A DNA stretch of 64,000 bases, taken from assembly GCA_949286885.1 (NCBI GenBank), contig CASEEG010000125.1, forward strand, positions 123 to 64,122, given 5' to 3'. Source of the stretch: an uncultured bacterium. GTDB taxonomy: Bacteria; Cyanobacteriota; Vampirovibrionia; Gastranaerophilales; Gastranaerophilaceae. The position numbers and the translations under genes are program-made. The notes below the pieces were generated by a model that saw only the letters and a program-made list of their open reading frames with translations, was not told where the DNA came from and searched no databases. Below, in pieces: positions 63,629 through 64,000 of this stretch. How positions within the stretch are numbered: the stretch's first letter is position 1; each line of letters begins with the position of its first letter.

Positions 63629-64000
63629 TTTTAGGTTTTACTATAATTTGTCAGAAGTTATTATTTTTATTATCTTCAAGCTTGTTTCATCTCTCAATCT
63701 TTACCCCCTTTTGCTGGGATTTATCAGGATTTTTGCAAGAAGGTTGTAGTATTAATGTGGTAAAAGCTTAAATTTTATAAAAGTAGCCCCGCCCTATAGG
63801 GGGAAAGCTAAAATTTAATATGTTGTCGAGAGTTAGAAAAACTCCCGACTGATTTTTGAAAATTGAAAGTTAGCAGAAAGTAAATAAAAAATTATATAAT
63901 CGCAACGATTTGCAAAATAAATATCAACAAAAAATTTTAACTCATATTTTTATGGTATGCTAATAAATATGAAGAAGGCTAAATCTAAAAGTGTTACAGT

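Noticed and set aside
63792-63801. CCCTATAGGG palindrome identical to the core of CsoR operator 1.
   Set aside because: It lacks the ATAC/GTAT arms present in both operators at 57368-57418 and is not positioned over a convincing promoter. The match is probably coincidental.

Overview
AT-rich, densely packed bacterial chromosome segment with about 60 protein genes, one canonical tRNA and no rRNA, CRISPR array or recognisable transposase or integrase. All family calls rest on motif recognition in the supplied translations; no searches were run.

Gene content, in order:
- 3' end of a PHP phosphoesterase gene, then obg.
- Type IV pilus module: PilP-like, pilQ secretin, pilB ATPase, pilC platform.
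- tpiA; metW-metX; a degenerate HD-GYP protein; two tandem APC amino-acid permeases; glyQ; a type I-beta DAHP synthase.
- Two paralogous unknown membrane proteins; gshB.
- A long plus-strand run: TPR, membrane protein, FliO-like, NeuB-like synthase, KdsC-like phosphatase, TPR, lysC, LdpA-like Fe-S protein, tilS, hpt.
- spmB/spmA-like genes with two unknowns.
- A minus-strand operon: gmk, coaBC, NIF3, aroC, aroK, aroB.
- An EF-hand protein; dGTPase-dnaG-rpoD; a HEAT-repeat protein; queC; a SPOR protein; rpmB.
- A fermentation block: rex, adhE with a perfect Rex box, an Fe-S/CCG oxidoreductase and two MDR dehydrogenases.
- tRNA-Phe; a repeat-bracketed cassette (MBL hydrolase, HxlR, a metallothionein-like mini-gene, CsoR); a His-rich secreted peptide plus a MATE pump; a Pmp-repeat autotransporter.

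The gene mix (LdpA-like, PBS-lyase-type HEAT repeats, group-1 sigma factor, Tfp, AdhE/Rex) suggests a non-photosynthetic cyanobacteria-related or similar low-GC gut lineage. That is inference only.

Best leads:
1. An untracked 39-aa, 10-Cys metallothionein-like ORF behind a promoter carrying two CsoR-type palindromes, followed by a CsoR-family gene.
2. The 2.3-kb cassette containing it lies next to tRNA-Phe, bracketed by a ~70-bp direct repeat and arrays of a 20-30-bp motif.
3. aroK is split at an A7 run that is also a perfect -1 slippery heptamer.
4. A terminator-flanked, non-canonical 68-nt tRNA-like element.
5. An HD-GYP protein with HD changed to QN and GYP changed to GAP, in the same window as a PilB carrying tandem MshEN-type c-di-GMP-binding motifs.
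6. Several small ORFs below the track cutoff.
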